This document shows, in pieces, positions 19,096 to 29,700 of a stretch of DNA of 64,000 nt; within the stretch, counting starts at the first letter, position 1; each line of letters begins with the position of its first letter. The DNA comes from Escherichia coli (GTDB lineage: Bacteria > Pseudomonadota > Gammaproteobacteria > Enterobacterales > Enterobacteriaceae). Made by a program: the position numbers and the translations under genes. Under the pieces are notes generated by a model that made no database searches, was not told the DNA's origin, and was given only the letters and a program-made list of their open reading frames with translations. Where the stretch lies: NCBI RefSeq assembly GCF_003334385.1, contig NZ_QOWN01000022.1; one strand, 5' to 3'.

Positions 19096-20775
19096 ATGAA
19101 ACAGAAAATTACGGATTACCTGGACGAAATCTACGGTGGAACATTTACCGCAACTCATTTACAGAAACTTGTAACGCGTCTTGAGAGTGCGAAACGATTA
19201 ATTACACAGCGACGTAAAAAACACTGGGATGAAAGTGATGTCGTGTTAATTACCTATGCCGATCAATTTCACAGCAATGATTTAAAACCATTACCCACAT
19301 TTAATCAGTTTTACCATCAATGGCTGCAAAGCATTTTTTCACATGTTCATTTGTTGCCGTTTTATCCATGGTCATCTGATGATGGCTTTTCGGTAATTGA
19401 TTATCATCAGGTCGCCAGTGAAGCGGGGGAGTGGCAGGATATTCAGCAACTCGGTGAATGCAGTCATTTAATGTTTGATTTTGTCTGCAACCATATGTCG
19501 GCAAAAAGTGAATGGTTTAAAAACTATTTACAACAGCATCCAGGTTTTGAAGATTTTTTTATTGCCGTTGACCCGCAAACCGATCTCAGCGCCGTCACTC
19601 GCCCGCGTGCGTTACCGTTATTAACGCCATTCCAGATGCGCGATCATTCAACGCGCCATTTATGGACCACCTTTAGTGACGATCAAATTGACCTGAATTA
19701 CCGTAGCCCTGAAGTGTTGCTGGCGATGGTGGATGTTTTACTCTGTTACCTTGCGAAAGGTGCTGAGTATGTCCGCCTGGATGCCGTTGGCTTTATGTGG
19801 AAAGAGCCGGGAACAAGCTGCATCCATCTGGAAAAAACACATCTGATTATCAAACTGTTACGGTCGATTATTGATAACGTTGCGCCAGGTACAGTGATCA
19901 TTACCGAGACCAATGTTCCGCATAAAGACAACATTGCTTACTTTGGCGCAGGCGATGACGAAGCACATATGGTGTACCAGTTCTCGCTGCCGCCACTGGT
20001 GCTGCATGCGGTGCAAAAACAGAACGTTGAGGCGCTTTGTGCGTGGGCGCAAAACCTGACACTACCTTCCAGCAACACCACCTGGTTTAACTTCCTCGCC
20101 TCTCACGATGGCATCGGGCTAAACCCGCTACGGGGCTTGTTGCCTGAAAGCGAAATATTAGAGCTGGTCGAGGCGTTACAGCAGGAAGGTGCATTAGTAA
20201 ACTGGAAAAATAATCCCGACGGTACACGCAGTCCGTATGAAATAAATGTGACCTATATGGATGCGTTAAGCCGCCGTGAGAGTAGCGATGAAGAACGTTG
20301 CGCCAGGTTTATCCTTGCCCATGCGATTTTGTTAAGTTTCCCCGGTGTGCCAGCGATATATATTCAAAGTATTCTTGGCTCGCGTAATGATTACGCAGGT
20401 GTCGAAAAACTCGGATATAACCGTGCGATTAACCGTAAAAAATATCACAGTAAAGAGATAACCCGAGAACTGAACGATGAAGCTACATTAAGGCATGCGG
20501 TATATCATGAGTTGTCGCGTTTAATTACACTTCGTCGCAGCCATAACGAGTTTCATCCGGATAATAATTTTACCATTGATACGATTAATTCATCCGTAAT
20601 GCGTATTCAAAGAAGTAACGCTGATGGTAATTGTCTGACTGGATTGTTTAATGTCAGTAAAAATATTCAGCATGTAAATATTACTAATCTGCATGGTCGG
20701 GATCTGATTAGTGAAGTTGATATATTGGGTAATGAAATAACGCTGCGCCCCTGGCAGGTTATGTGGATTAAATAA
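19096..20775 (+). CDS. ycjM: GH13_18 sucrose-phosphorylase-like enzyme YcjM (reported glucosylglycerate phosphorylase), 559 aa
   Basis: GH13 catalytic regions (VRLDAVGFMWKE, ITETNVPH, ASHDGIG). The start is at ATG 19096 (MKQKITDYLDE). Confidence 0.93.
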   Translation: MKQKITDYLDEIYGGTFTATHLQKLVTRLESAKRLITQRRKKHWDESDVVLITYADQFHSNDLKPLPTFNQFYHQWLQSIFSHVHLLPFYPWSSDDGFSVIDYHQVASEAGEWQDIQQLGECSHLMFDFVCNHMSAKSEWFKNYLQQHPGFEDFFIAVDPQTDLSAVTRPRALPLLTPFQMRDHSTRHLWTTFSDDQIDLNYRSPEVLLAMVDVLLCYLAKGAEYVRLDAVGFMWKEPGTSCIHLEKTHLIIKLLRSIIDNVAPGTVIITETNVPHKDNIAYFGAGDDEAHMVYQFSLPPLVLHAVQKQNVEALCAWAQNLTLPSSNTTWFNFLASHDGIGLNPLRGLLPESEILELVEALQQEGALVNWKNNPDGTRSPYEINVTYMDALSRRESSDEERCARFILAHAILLSFPGVPAIYIQSILGSRNDYAGVEKLGYNRAINRKKYHSKEITRELNDEATLRHAVYHELSRLITLRRSHNEFHPDNNFTIDTINSSVMRIQRSNADGNCLTGLFNVSKNIQHVNITNLHGRDLISEVDILGNEITLRPWQVMWIK

Positions 20776-20788
20776 AAAGGAACATCTC

Positions 20789-22081
20789 ATGATTAAATCA
20801 AAAATCGTGCTGTTATCAGCACTGGTTTCATGCGCCCTGATTTCAGGCTGTAAAGAAGAAAATAAAACGAATGTATCCATCGAATTTATGCATTCTTCGG
20901 TGGAGCAGGAGCGCCAGGCCGTTATCAGTAAATTGATTGCCCGTTTTGAAAAAGAAAACCCTGGCATCACCGTTAAGCAAGTGCCCGTGGAAGAAGATGC
21001 CTATAACACTAAAGTCATTACTCTTTCACGTAGCGGTTCGCTGCCGGAAGTGATCGAAACCAGCCATGACTACGCCAAAGTGATGGACAAAGAGCAGCTT
21101 ATCGATCGCAAAGCGGTTGCCACAGTCATCAGCAACGTTGGTGAAGGCGCGTTTTACGATGGCGTACTGCGTATTGTGCGTACCGAAGATGGTAGCGCAT
21201 GGACCGGTGTTCCTGTCAGCGCCTGGATTGGCGGTATCTGGTATCGCAAAGATGTGCTGGCAAAAGCGGGGCTTGAGGAGCCGAAAAACTGGCAACAGCT
21301 GCTGGACGTTGCACAGAAACTGAATGACCCGGCGAATAAAAAATACGGCATTGCGCTGCCTACAGCAGAAAGCGTGTTGACGGAACAATCCTTCTCCCAG
21401 TTTGCGTTATCCAACCAGGCTAACGTCTTTAACGCCGAAGGCAAAATCACCCTTGATACACCAGAGATGATGCAGGCACTGACCTATTACCGCGACCTTG
21501 CTGCCAACACTATGCCGGGTTCTAACGACATCATGGAAGTGAAAGACGCCTTTATGAACGGCACCGCGCCGATGGCGATTTACTCCACCTATATCCTTCC
21601 GGCTGTGATTAAAGAAGGCGACCCGAAAAACGTCGGTTTCGTGGTGCCAACCGAGAAAAACTCTGCGGTCTACGGCATGTTGACCTCGCTGACCATTACC
21701 GCCGGGCAAAAGACCGAAGAGACGGAAGCAGCAGAAAAATTTGTCACCTTTATGGAGCAGGCAGACAACATTGCCGACTGGGTGATGATGTCGCCAGGTG
21801 CTGCGCTGCCGGTGAATAAAGCGGTGGTGACTACCGCCACCTGGAAAGACAACGACGTTATTAAGGCGCTGGGTGAACTACTGAATCAGCTAATCGGTGA
21901 ACTGCCAAATATTCAGGTTTTTGGCGCAGTAGGGGATAAAAACTTTACCCGCATGGGTGATGTGACGGGTTCTGGCGTGGTGAGTTCAATGGTGCATAAC
22001 GTCACCGTGGGTAAAGCCGATCTCTCTACTACGCTGCAAGCGAGCCAGAAAAAACTGGATGAACTGATCGAACAGCACTAA
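20789..22081 (+). CDS. ycjN: Sugar ABC transporter periplasmic binding lipoprotein YcjN, 430 aa
   Basis: Lipobox LISGC at the N-terminus. Family-1 solute-binding protein sequence. Confidence 0.93.
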   Translation: MIKSKIVLLSALVSCALISGCKEENKTNVSIEFMHSSVEQERQAVISKLIARFEKENPGITVKQVPVEEDAYNTKVITLSRSGSLPEVIETSHDYAKVMDKEQLIDRKAVATVISNVGEGAFYDGVLRIVRTEDGSAWTGVPVSAWIGGIWYRKDVLAKAGLEEPKNWQQLLDVAQKLNDPANKKYGIALPTAESVLTEQSFSQFALSNQANVFNAEGKITLDTPEMMQALTYYRDLAANTMPGSNDIMEVKDAFMNGTAPMAIYSTYILPAVIKEGDPKNVGFVVPTEKNSAVYGMLTSLTITAGQKTEETEAAEKFVTFMEQADNIADWVMMSPGAALPVNKAVVTTATWKDNDVIKALGELLNQLIGELPNIQVFGAVGDKNFTRMGDVTGSGVVSSMVHNVTVGKADLSTTLQASQKKLDELIEQH

Positions 22082-22101
22082 ACCCAGGACAGGAATCCGC
22101 A

Positions 22102-22983
22102 ATGAACAGGCTTTTTTCAGGTCGTTCCGATATGCCCTTTGCGCTGCTGCTTCTCGCGCCCAGCTTATTACTGCTGGGCGGTCTGGTGGCGTGGCCGATG
22201 GTGTCGAATATCGAAATCAGTTTTTTACGTCTGCCGCTCAATCCCAACATCGAGTCAACGTTTGTTGGGGTGAGCAACTATGTGCGTATCCTCTCCGATC
22301 CCGGCTTCTGGCATTCGCTGTGGATGACGGTCTGGTATACCGCGCTGGTGGTGGCGGGCAGCACCGTGCTCGGGCTGGCGGTGGCGATGTTTTTCAACCG
22401 CGAGTTCCGCCTGCGCAAAACCGCGCGTTCGCTGGTGATCCTCTCCTACGTAACGCCGTCCATTTCGCTGGTGTTCGCCTGGAAATACATGTTCAACAAC
22501 GGCTACGGCATTGTTAACTACCTCGGCGTCGATCTTCTGCATCTCTATGAGCAGGCACCGCTGTGGTTCGATAATCCGGGCAGTAGCTTTGTGCTGGTGG
22601 TGCTGTTCGCCATCTGGCGCTACTTCCCGTATGCCTTTATCTCGTTTCTGGCGATTTTGCAGACCATCGACAAATCGCTGTACGAAGCGGCAGAGATGGA
22701 TGGCGCTAATGCCTGGCAACGGTTTCGTATCGTCACGCTGCCCGCAATTATGCCGGTCCTGGCGACGGTGGTGACACTGCGCACCATCTGGATGTTCTAC
22801 ATGTTCGCGGATGTTTATTTGCTGACGACCAAGGTCGATATTCTCGGTGTATATCTCTACAAAACCGCCTTTGCCTTTAATGATTTAGGAAAAGCGGCGG
22901 CGATCTCGGTGGTGCTCTTCATCATTATTTTCGCTGTCATTCTGCTGACCAGGAAACGGGTGAACCTCAATGGCAACAAATAA
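22102..22983 (+). CDS. ycjO: Sugar ABC transporter permease YcjO, 293 aa
   Basis: MalF/G-type permease with the EAA loop (YEAAEMDGANAWQRF). Confidence 0.93.
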   Translation: MNRLFSGRSDMPFALLLLAPSLLLLGGLVAWPMVSNIEISFLRLPLNPNIESTFVGVSNYVRILSDPGFWHSLWMTVWYTALVVAGSTVLGLAVAMFFNREFRLRKTARSLVILSYVTPSISLVFAWKYMFNNGYGIVNYLGVDLLHLYEQAPLWFDNPGSSFVLVVLFAIWRYFPYAFISFLAILQTIDKSLYEAAEMDGANAWQRFRIVTLPAIMPVLATVVTLRTIWMFYMFADVYLLTTKVDILGVYLYKTAFAFNDLGKAAAISVVLFIIIFAVILLTRKRVNLNGNK

Positions 22984-23812
22984 ACGCACACTCAGTCGCA
23001 TCGGTTTTTACTGCGGGCTGGCGCTGTTTCTCATCATCACGCTGTTTCCATTTTTTGTGATGCTGATGACCTCGTTCAAGGGCGCGAAAGAGGCGATCTC
23101 ACTGCATCCTACGCTGCTGCCGCAGCAGTGGACGCTGGAGCATTACGTCGACATTTTTAACCCGATGATTTTCCCGTTTGTCGACTACTTCCGTAACAGT
23201 CTGGTGGTGTCTGTGGTTTCATCCGTGGTGGCGGTATTCCTCGGCATTCTTGGGGCTTACGCGCTTTCCCGCCTGCGCTTTAAAGGTCGGATGACCATCA
23301 ACGCCAGCTTTTACACGGTGTATATGTTCTCTGGCATTTTGCTGGTGGTGCCGCTTTTCAAAATCATCACCGCGCTTGGCATTTACGACACTGAGATGGC
23401 GCTGATCATCACCATGGTGACGCAAACTCTGCCCACCGCCGTGTTTATGCTGAAAAGCTACTTCGACACCATCCCCGATGAGATCGAAGAAGCGGCGATG
23501 ATGGATGGCCTCAACCGTCTGCAAATTATCTTCCGCATCACCGTGCCGTTGGCGATGTCCGGGCTGATATCCGTGTTCGTCTACTGCTTTATGGTGGCGT
23601 GGAACGACTATCTGTTTGCGTCGATTTTCCTCTCCAGCGCCAGCAATTTCACCTTACCGGTGGGCCTGAACGCGCTGTTCAGTACGCCAGATTACATCTG
23701 GGGACGGATGATGGCGGCCTCACTGGTGACCGCATTGCCGGTGGTGATTATGTATGCGCTTTCGGAACGTTTTATTAAGAGTGGTTTGACCGCCGGTGGC
23801 GTGAAGGGCTAA
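22970..23812 (+). CDS. ycjP: Sugar ABC transporter permease YcjP, 280 aa
   Basis: MalG-type permease with the EAA loop (EEAAMMDGLNRLQIIF). It overlaps ycjO by 14 nt. Confidence 0.93.
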   Translation: MATNKRTLSRIGFYCGLALFLIITLFPFFVMLMTSFKGAKEAISLHPTLLPQQWTLEHYVDIFNPMIFPFVDYFRNSLVVSVVSSVVAVFLGILGAYALSRLRFKGRMTINASFYTVYMFSGILLVVPLFKIITALGIYDTEMALIITMVTQTLPTAVFMLKSYFDTIPDEIEEAAMMDGLNRLQIIFRITVPLAMSGLISVFVYCFMVAWNDYLFASIFLSSASNFTLPVGLNALFSTPDYIWGRMMAASLVTALPVVIMYALSERFIKSGLTAGGVKG

Positions 23813-23842
23813 AGCGGCCAGTTTCTTTACAAGGAGTTTTAA

Positions 23843-24895
23843 ATGAAAAAGTTAGTAGCCACAGCACCGCGTGTTGCTGCGCTGGTTGAGTATGAAGATC
23901 GGGCGATTTTAGCTAATGAAGTGAAGATCCGCGTGCGTTTCGGCGCACCGAAACACGGAACGGAAGTGGTCGACTTCCGCGCCGCCAGCCCGTTTATTGA
24001 TGAAGACTTTAACGGCGAATGGCAGATGTTCACTCCGCGTCCGGCAGATGCGCCGCGCGGCATTGAGTTTGGCAAATTCCAGCTTGGCAACATGGTGGTT
24101 GGCGACATTATCGAGTGCGGCAGCGACGTTACCGACTACGCGGTGGGCGACAGCGTATGCGGCTACGGCCCGCTCTCCGAGACGGTCATCATTAACGCAG
24201 TGAATAACTACAAGCTGCGCAAAATGCCGCAAGGCAGCTCCTGGAAAAACGCCGTCTGCTACGACCCGGCGCAGTTTGCCATGAGCGGCGTGCGCGATGC
24301 CAACGTGCGCGTAGGGGATTTTGTGGTGGTGGTAGGGCTTGGCGCAATCGGTCAAATTGCCATCCAACTGGCTAAACGCGCTGGCGCTTCTGTGGTGATT
24401 GGCGTCGATCCTATCGCCCATCGCTGTGATATTGCCCGTCGCCACGGCGCGGATTTCTGCCTTAACCCCATCGGCACTGATGTAGGTAAAGAGATCAAAA
24501 CGCTGACCGGCAAGCAGGGTGCCGATGTGATTATCGAAACCAGCGGCTACGCCGACGCGCTGCAATCGGCGCTCCGCGGTCTGGCTTATGGCGGCACCAT
24601 CTCCTATGTCGCGTTTGCCAAGCCGTTTGCCGAAGGTTTTAACCTCGGACGCGAAGCGCATTTCAATAACGCCAAAATTGTCTTCTCTCGCGCGTGCAGC
24701 GAACCGAACCCGGATTATCCGCGCTGGAGCCGCAAGCGTATTGAAGAAACCTGTTGGGAACTGCTGATGAACGGTTATCTCAATTGCGAAGATTTAATCG
24801 ACCCGGTGGTGACCTTTGCCAATAGCCCGGAAAGCTATATGCAGTATGTCGACCAGCATCCGGAACAGAGCATCAAAATGGGCGTTACGTTTTAA
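23843..24895 (+). CDS. ycjQ: Zn-dependent medium-chain dehydrogenase YcjQ, 350 aa
   Basis: MDR fold with NAD-binding motif VVGLGAIGQ. Recognised as K-12 YcjQ. Confidence 0.92.
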   Translation: MKKLVATAPRVAALVEYEDRAILANEVKIRVRFGAPKHGTEVVDFRAASPFIDEDFNGEWQMFTPRPADAPRGIEFGKFQLGNMVVGDIIECGSDVTDYAVGDSVCGYGPLSETVIINAVNNYKLRKMPQGSSWKNAVCYDPAQFAMSGVRDANVRVGDFVVVVGLGAIGQIAIQLAKRAGASVVIGVDPIAHRCDIARRHGADFCLNPIGTDVGKEIKTLTGKQGADVIIETSGYADALQSALRGLAYGGTISYVAFAKPFAEGFNLGREAHFNNAKIVFSRACSEPNPDYPRWSRKRIEETCWELLMNGYLNCEDLIDPVVTFANSPESYMQYVDQHPEQSIKMGVTF

Positions 24896-24913
24896 TTCAA
24901 AGGAATGAAAAAA

Positions 24914-25702
24914 ATGAAAATCGGCACACAGAATCAGGCGTTCTTTCCGGAAAACATTCTGGAGAAATTTCGTTATATCAAAGAGATGGGCTTCGATGGT
25001 TTTGAGATTGACGGCAAACTGCTGGTTAACAACATCGAAGAAGTCAAAGCGGCGATCAAAGAAACCGGTTTACCGGTGACCACCGCCTGCGGTGGCTATG
25101 ACGGATGGATTGGCGACTTTATCGAAGAGCGTCGTCTTAATGGCTTAAAGCAGATCGAGCGCATTCTCGAAGCGCTGGCAGAAGTGGGCGGTAAAGGCAT
25201 CGTCGTTCCGGCTGCGTGGGGCATGTTTACCTTCCGCTTACCGCCGATGACCTCGCCGCGTAGCCTGGACGGCGACCGCAAAATGGTGAGTGATTCCCTG
25301 CGCGTACTGGAACAGGTCGCCGCGCGTACCGGAACCGTGGTGTATCTCGAACCGTTAAACCGCTATCAGGATCATATGATCAACACCCTCGCCGATGCCC
25401 GCCGTTACATCGTCGAAAACGATCTTAAACATGTACAGATTATCGGCGATTTCTATCACATGAATATCGAAGAAGATAACCTGGCGCAGGCGCTGCATGA
25501 CAACCGCGACCTGCTCGGTCATGTGCATATTGCGGATAACCATCGCTACCAGCCGGGCAGCGGCACCCTGGATTTCCACGCGCTGTTTGAACAGCTGCGC
25601 GCGGATAACTATCAGGGCTATGTAGTGTACGAAGGGCGTATCCGGGCGGAAGATCCTGCCCAGGCGTACCGTGATTCGTTGGCCTGGTTGCGTACCTGCT
25701 AA
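24914..25702 (+). CDS. ycjR: Xylose-isomerase-like TIM-barrel sugar epimerase/isomerase YcjR, 262 aa
   Basis: AP-endonuclease-2 / sugar-phosphate-isomerase-like barrel. The start was chosen at the second ATG (MKIGTQNQ). An ATG 3 codons upstream (24905) is also possible. Confidence 0.88.
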   Translation: MKIGTQNQAFFPENILEKFRYIKEMGFDGFEIDGKLLVNNIEEVKAAIKETGLPVTTACGGYDGWIGDFIEERRLNGLKQIERILEALAEVGGKGIVVPAAWGMFTFRLPPMTSPRSLDGDRKMVSDSLRVLEQVAARTGTVVYLEPLNRYQDHMINTLADARRYIVENDLKHVQIIGDFYHMNIEEDNLAQALHDNRDLLGHVHIADNHRYQPGSGTLDFHALFEQLRADNYQGYVVYEGRIRAEDPAQAYRDSLAWLRTC

Positions 25703-25711
25703 GAGGTCTTT

Positions 25712-26767
25712 GTGAAAAGTGCAATGACAAGCTCTCCGCTGCGGGTCGCGATAATAGGCGCAGGCCAGGTGGCGGATAAGGTTCATGCTTCGTACTACTG
25801 CACCCGCAACGATCTGGAACTGGTGGCTGTCTGTGACAGCCGCCTTTCCCAGGCGCAGGCGCTGGCAGAAAAATACGGGAATGCATCCGTGTGGGACGAT
25901 CCGCAGGCCATGCTGCTGGCGGTGAAACCTGATGTGGTTAGCGTCTGCTCACCTAACCGTTTTCATTACGAACATACCCTGATGGCACTGGAAGCGGGCT
26001 GCCATGTGATGTGCGAAAAACCGCCCGCCATGACGCCAGAACAGGCGCGGGAAATGTGCGATACCGCGCGCAAACTGGGCAAGGTGCTGGCCTACGACTT
26101 TCACCATCGTTTTGCGCTCGATACGCAACAGCTGCGTGAACAGGTGACCAACGGCGTTTTGGGAGAGATTTACGTTACCACCGCCCGCGCCCTGCGTCGC
26201 TGCGGCGTTCCCGGCTGGGGTGTCTTTACCAATAAAGAACTGCAGGGTGGTGGCCCGCTGATCGACATCGGCATTCATATGCTGGATGCTGCGATGTATG
26301 TGCTGGGCTTTCCGGCGGTGAAAAGCGTGAATGCGCATAGCTTTCAAAAGATCGGCACGCAAAAGAGCTGTGGTCAATTTGGTGAGTGGGATCCGGCAAC
26401 TTACAGCGTCGAAGATTCGCTGTTTGGCACCATTGAATTTCATAACGGCGGCATTCTGTGGCTGGAAACGTCATTTGCACTCAACATCCGCGAACAGTCG
26501 ATTATGAACGTCAGCTTTTGTGGTGATAAAGCTGGTGCGACGCTGTTTCCAGCACATATCTACACCGATAACAACGGTGAATTAATGACGCTGATGCAAC
26601 GGGAAATGGCAGACGACAACCGCCATTTGCGCAGCATGGAAGCCTTTATCAATCACGTACAGGGCAAGCCCGTGATGATAGCCGACGCCGAGCAGGGGTA
26701 CATCATCCAGCAACTGGTGGCGGCGTTGTATCAATCCGCAGAAACAGGGACGCGTGTGGAATTATGA
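25712..26767 (+). CDS. ycjS: Gfo/Idh/MocA-family NAD-dependent oxidoreductase YcjS, 351 aa (GTG start)
   Basis: N-terminal Rossmann motif RVAIIGAGQVA, then the EKP motif (VMCEKPPA). Confidence 0.92.
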   Translation: MKSAMTSSPLRVAIIGAGQVADKVHASYYCTRNDLELVAVCDSRLSQAQALAEKYGNASVWDDPQAMLLAVKPDVVSVCSPNRFHYEHTLMALEAGCHVMCEKPPAMTPEQAREMCDTARKLGKVLAYDFHHRFALDTQQLREQVTNGVLGEIYVTTARALRRCGVPGWGVFTNKELQGGGPLIDIGIHMLDAAMYVLGFPAVKSVNAHSFQKIGTQKSCGQFGEWDPATYSVEDSLFGTIEFHNGGILWLETSFALNIREQSIMNVSFCGDKAGATLFPAHIYTDNNGELMTLMQREMADDNRHLRSMEAFINHVQGKPVMIADAEQGYIIQQLVAALYQSAETGTRVEL

Positions 26768-29031
26768 CCAGGCCAGTAACGTTATCAGAACCCCATTTCA
26801 GCCAGCATACCCTGAACAAGTATGCATCGCTGATGGCGCAGGGGAACGGCTATCTTGGGCTTCGCGCCAGCCATGAAGAAGATTACACGCGCCAGACGCG
26901 AGGGATGTATCTGGCGGGGCTGTATCATCGGGCGGGAAAAGGTGAAATCAACGAACTGGTGAACCTGCCTGATGTCGTGGGGATGGAGATTGCCATAAAT
27001 GGTGAGGTTTTCTCGTTATCCCACGAAGCCTGGCAGCGTGAGCTTGACTTTGCCAGTGGCGAATTACGCCGCAATGTTGTCTGGCGTACCAGCAACGGCT
27101 CAGGTTACACCATCGCCAGCCGTCGCTTTGTTTCGGCAGACCAACTGCCGCTCATTGCGCTGGAAATCACTATTACGCCACTGGACGCCGACGCGTCAGT
27201 GCTGATTTCAACAGGCATTGACGCCACGCAAACCAATCACGGTCGCCAACATCTCGACGAAACCCAGGTGCGGGTGTTTGGTCAGCATCTGATGCAGGGG
27301 AGCTACACCACCCAGGATGGACGCAGTGATGTGGCCATCAGCTGTTGCTGTAAGGTGAGCGGTGATGTGCAGCAATGCTATACCGCCAAAGAGCGCCGTT
27401 TACTGCAACATACCAGTGCGCAGCTTCATGCAGGCGAGACAATGACGTTGCAAAAACTGGTGTGGATCGACTGGCGGGATGACAGGCAAGCTGCTTTAGA
27501 CGAGTGGGGCAGCGCGTCGCTTCGCCAGCTTGAAATGTGCGCGCAGCAGAGTTACGACCAACTTCTTGCAGCATCAACAGAAAACTGGCGTCAATGGTGG
27601 CAGAAACGTCGTATCACGGTAAATGGCGGCGAAGCGCACGATCAGCAAGCGTTAGATTATGCGCTTTATCATCTGCGCATCATGACGCCTGCCCACGACG
27701 AGCGCAGCAGCATTGCGGCAAAAGGCTTAACCGGCGAAGGCTACAAAGGCCACGTTTTCTGGGATACAGAAGTATTTTTGTTACCGTTTCATCTGTTTAG
27801 CGATCCGACGGTTGCCCGAAGTTTACTGCGTTATCGCTGGCACAACTTGCCAGGCGCGCAGGAGAAAGCGCGACGCAACGGCTGGCAGGGCGCGCTATTT
27901 CCGTGGGAAAGCGCGCGCAGCGGCGAAGAAGAGACGCCGGAATTTGCCGCCATTAACATTCGCACCGGGCTGCGGCAAAAAGTGGCCTCGGCGCAGGCGG
28001 AACATCATCTGGTGGCCGATATCGCCTGGGCGGTTATTCAATACTGGCAGACCACGGGGGATGAAAGTTTCATTGCGCATGAAGGCATGGCGCTACTTCT
28101 GGAGACGGCAAAGTTCTGGATTAGCCGCGCGGTGAGAGTTAACGATCGTCTGGAAATTCATGATGTTATTGGGCCAGACGAATATACCGAACATGTCAAT
28201 AATAATGCATACACCAGCTATATGGCCCGCTACAACGTTCAACAGGCGCTGAATATTGCCCGCCAGTTCGGCTGTAGCGACGATGCGTTTATCCATCGCG
28301 CCGAAATGTTCCTCAAAGAGCTATGGATGCCAGAAATTCAGCCCGACGGCGTTTTGCCGCAGGATGATTCGTTTATGGCTAAGCCGGCGATTAATCTGGC
28401 GAAATACAAAGCGGCGGCGGGGAAGCAAACCATACTGCTGGATTATTCACGCGCAGAAGTGAACGAGATGCAGATCCTCAAACAAGCTGATGTGGTGATG
28501 CTCAATTACATGCTGCCGGAGCAGTTCTCAGCGGCATCGTGTCTTGCCAATCTGCAATTTTATGAACCGCGCACTATTCACGACTCGTCATTAAGTAAAG
28601 CAATCCACGGCATTGTTGCCGCACGCTGTGGCCTGCTGACCCAAAGTTATCAGTTCTGGCGCGAGGGGACTGAAATCGATCTTGGTGCTGATCCGCATAG
28701 TTGTGATGATGGTATCCATGCTGCCGCAACTGGCGCTATCTGGCTGGGGGCGATTCAGGGTTTTGCCGGGGTGAGCGTGCGTGACGGTGAATTGCATCTC
28801 AATCCGGCGTTACCTGAGCAGTGGCAACAGTTGTCTTTCCCTCTGTTCTGGCAGGGCTGCGAATTACAGGTCACTCTTGACGCGCAGCGTATTGCGATTC
28901 GAACTTCTGCGCCCGTTTCACTGCGTTTGAACGGTCAGCTTATAACCGTGGCTGAAGAATCTGTTTTCTGTTTGGGTGATTTTATTTTGCCCTTCAATGG
29001 GACCGCTACCAAACATCAGGAGGATGAATGA
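26764..29031 (+). CDS. ycjT: GH65 glycoside phosphorylase YcjT (reported kojibiose phosphorylase), 755 aa
   Basis: GH65 length and sequence ([28 protein letters not shown]). It has 4-nt overlaps with ycjS and ycjU. Confidence 0.93.
28998..29011. promoter_or_regulatory. Candidate YcjW operator, site 2 (identical tgggaccgctacca), inside the ycjT 3' end, 17 nt upstream of the ycjU ATG
   Basis: Exact copy of the 19070-19083 palindrome (15-mer atgggaccgctacca shared). Confidence 0.5.
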
Positions 29032-29687
29032 AACTGCAAGGGGTAATTTTCGATCTGGATGGTGTAATCACCGATACCGCGCATCTGCATTTCCAGGCGT
29101 GGCAGCAGATTGCCGCTGAAATTGGCATCAGCATTGATGCGCAGTTTAACGAATCCCTAAAAGGGATCAGCCGCGATGAGTCTCTGCGGCGCATTCTGCA
29201 ACACGGGGGCAAAGAGGGCGACTTTAACTCGCAGGAGAGGGCGCAACTGGCGTATCGCAAAAATCTGCTCTATGTCCACTCACTACGCGAGTTGACGGTC
29301 AACGCTGTTCTACCCGGCATTCGCTCTTTGCTGGCAGATCTCCGTGCACAGCAGATCTCGGTTGGGCTGGCTTCTGTCTCCCTGAATGCGCCGACGATTT
29401 TAGCGGCGCTGGAGCTGCGCGAGTTTTTCACCTTCTGCGCGGATGCTTCCCAACTTAAAAACTCGAAACCGGACCCGGAAATCTTTCTCGCCGCCTGTGC
29501 AGGGCTGGGCGTGCCGCCGCAGGCATGTATCGGCATTGAAGATGCGCAGGCGGGCATTGACGCCATTAACGCCAGCGGTATGCGCTCGGTGGGGATCGGC
29601 GCGGGCTTAACCGGGGCGCAATTACTGTTGCCTTCAACGGAATCACTCACCTGGCCGCGGTTATCGGCCTTCTGGCAAAACGTATAG
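29028..29687 (+). CDS. ycjU: Beta-phosphoglucomutase YcjU (HAD superfamily), 219 aa
   Basis: HAD motif [11 protein letters not shown] and motif IV-type GIEDAQAGI. Confidence 0.95.
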
Positions 29688-29700
29688 CAAAGGAATCAAC

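Noticed and set aside
23909-24661. Long antisense ORFs inside real genes (e.g. 250 aa opposite ycjQ; also 46438-46929 opposite fnr, 51192-51737 opposite abgA, 14400-14930 opposite puuE, 12507-12977 opposite puuC)
   Set aside because: These are typical shadow ORFs of GC-rich third-position-biased genes. They have no start context and are rich in Arg/Ala/Gly/His, and the sense strand carries clear family motifs.
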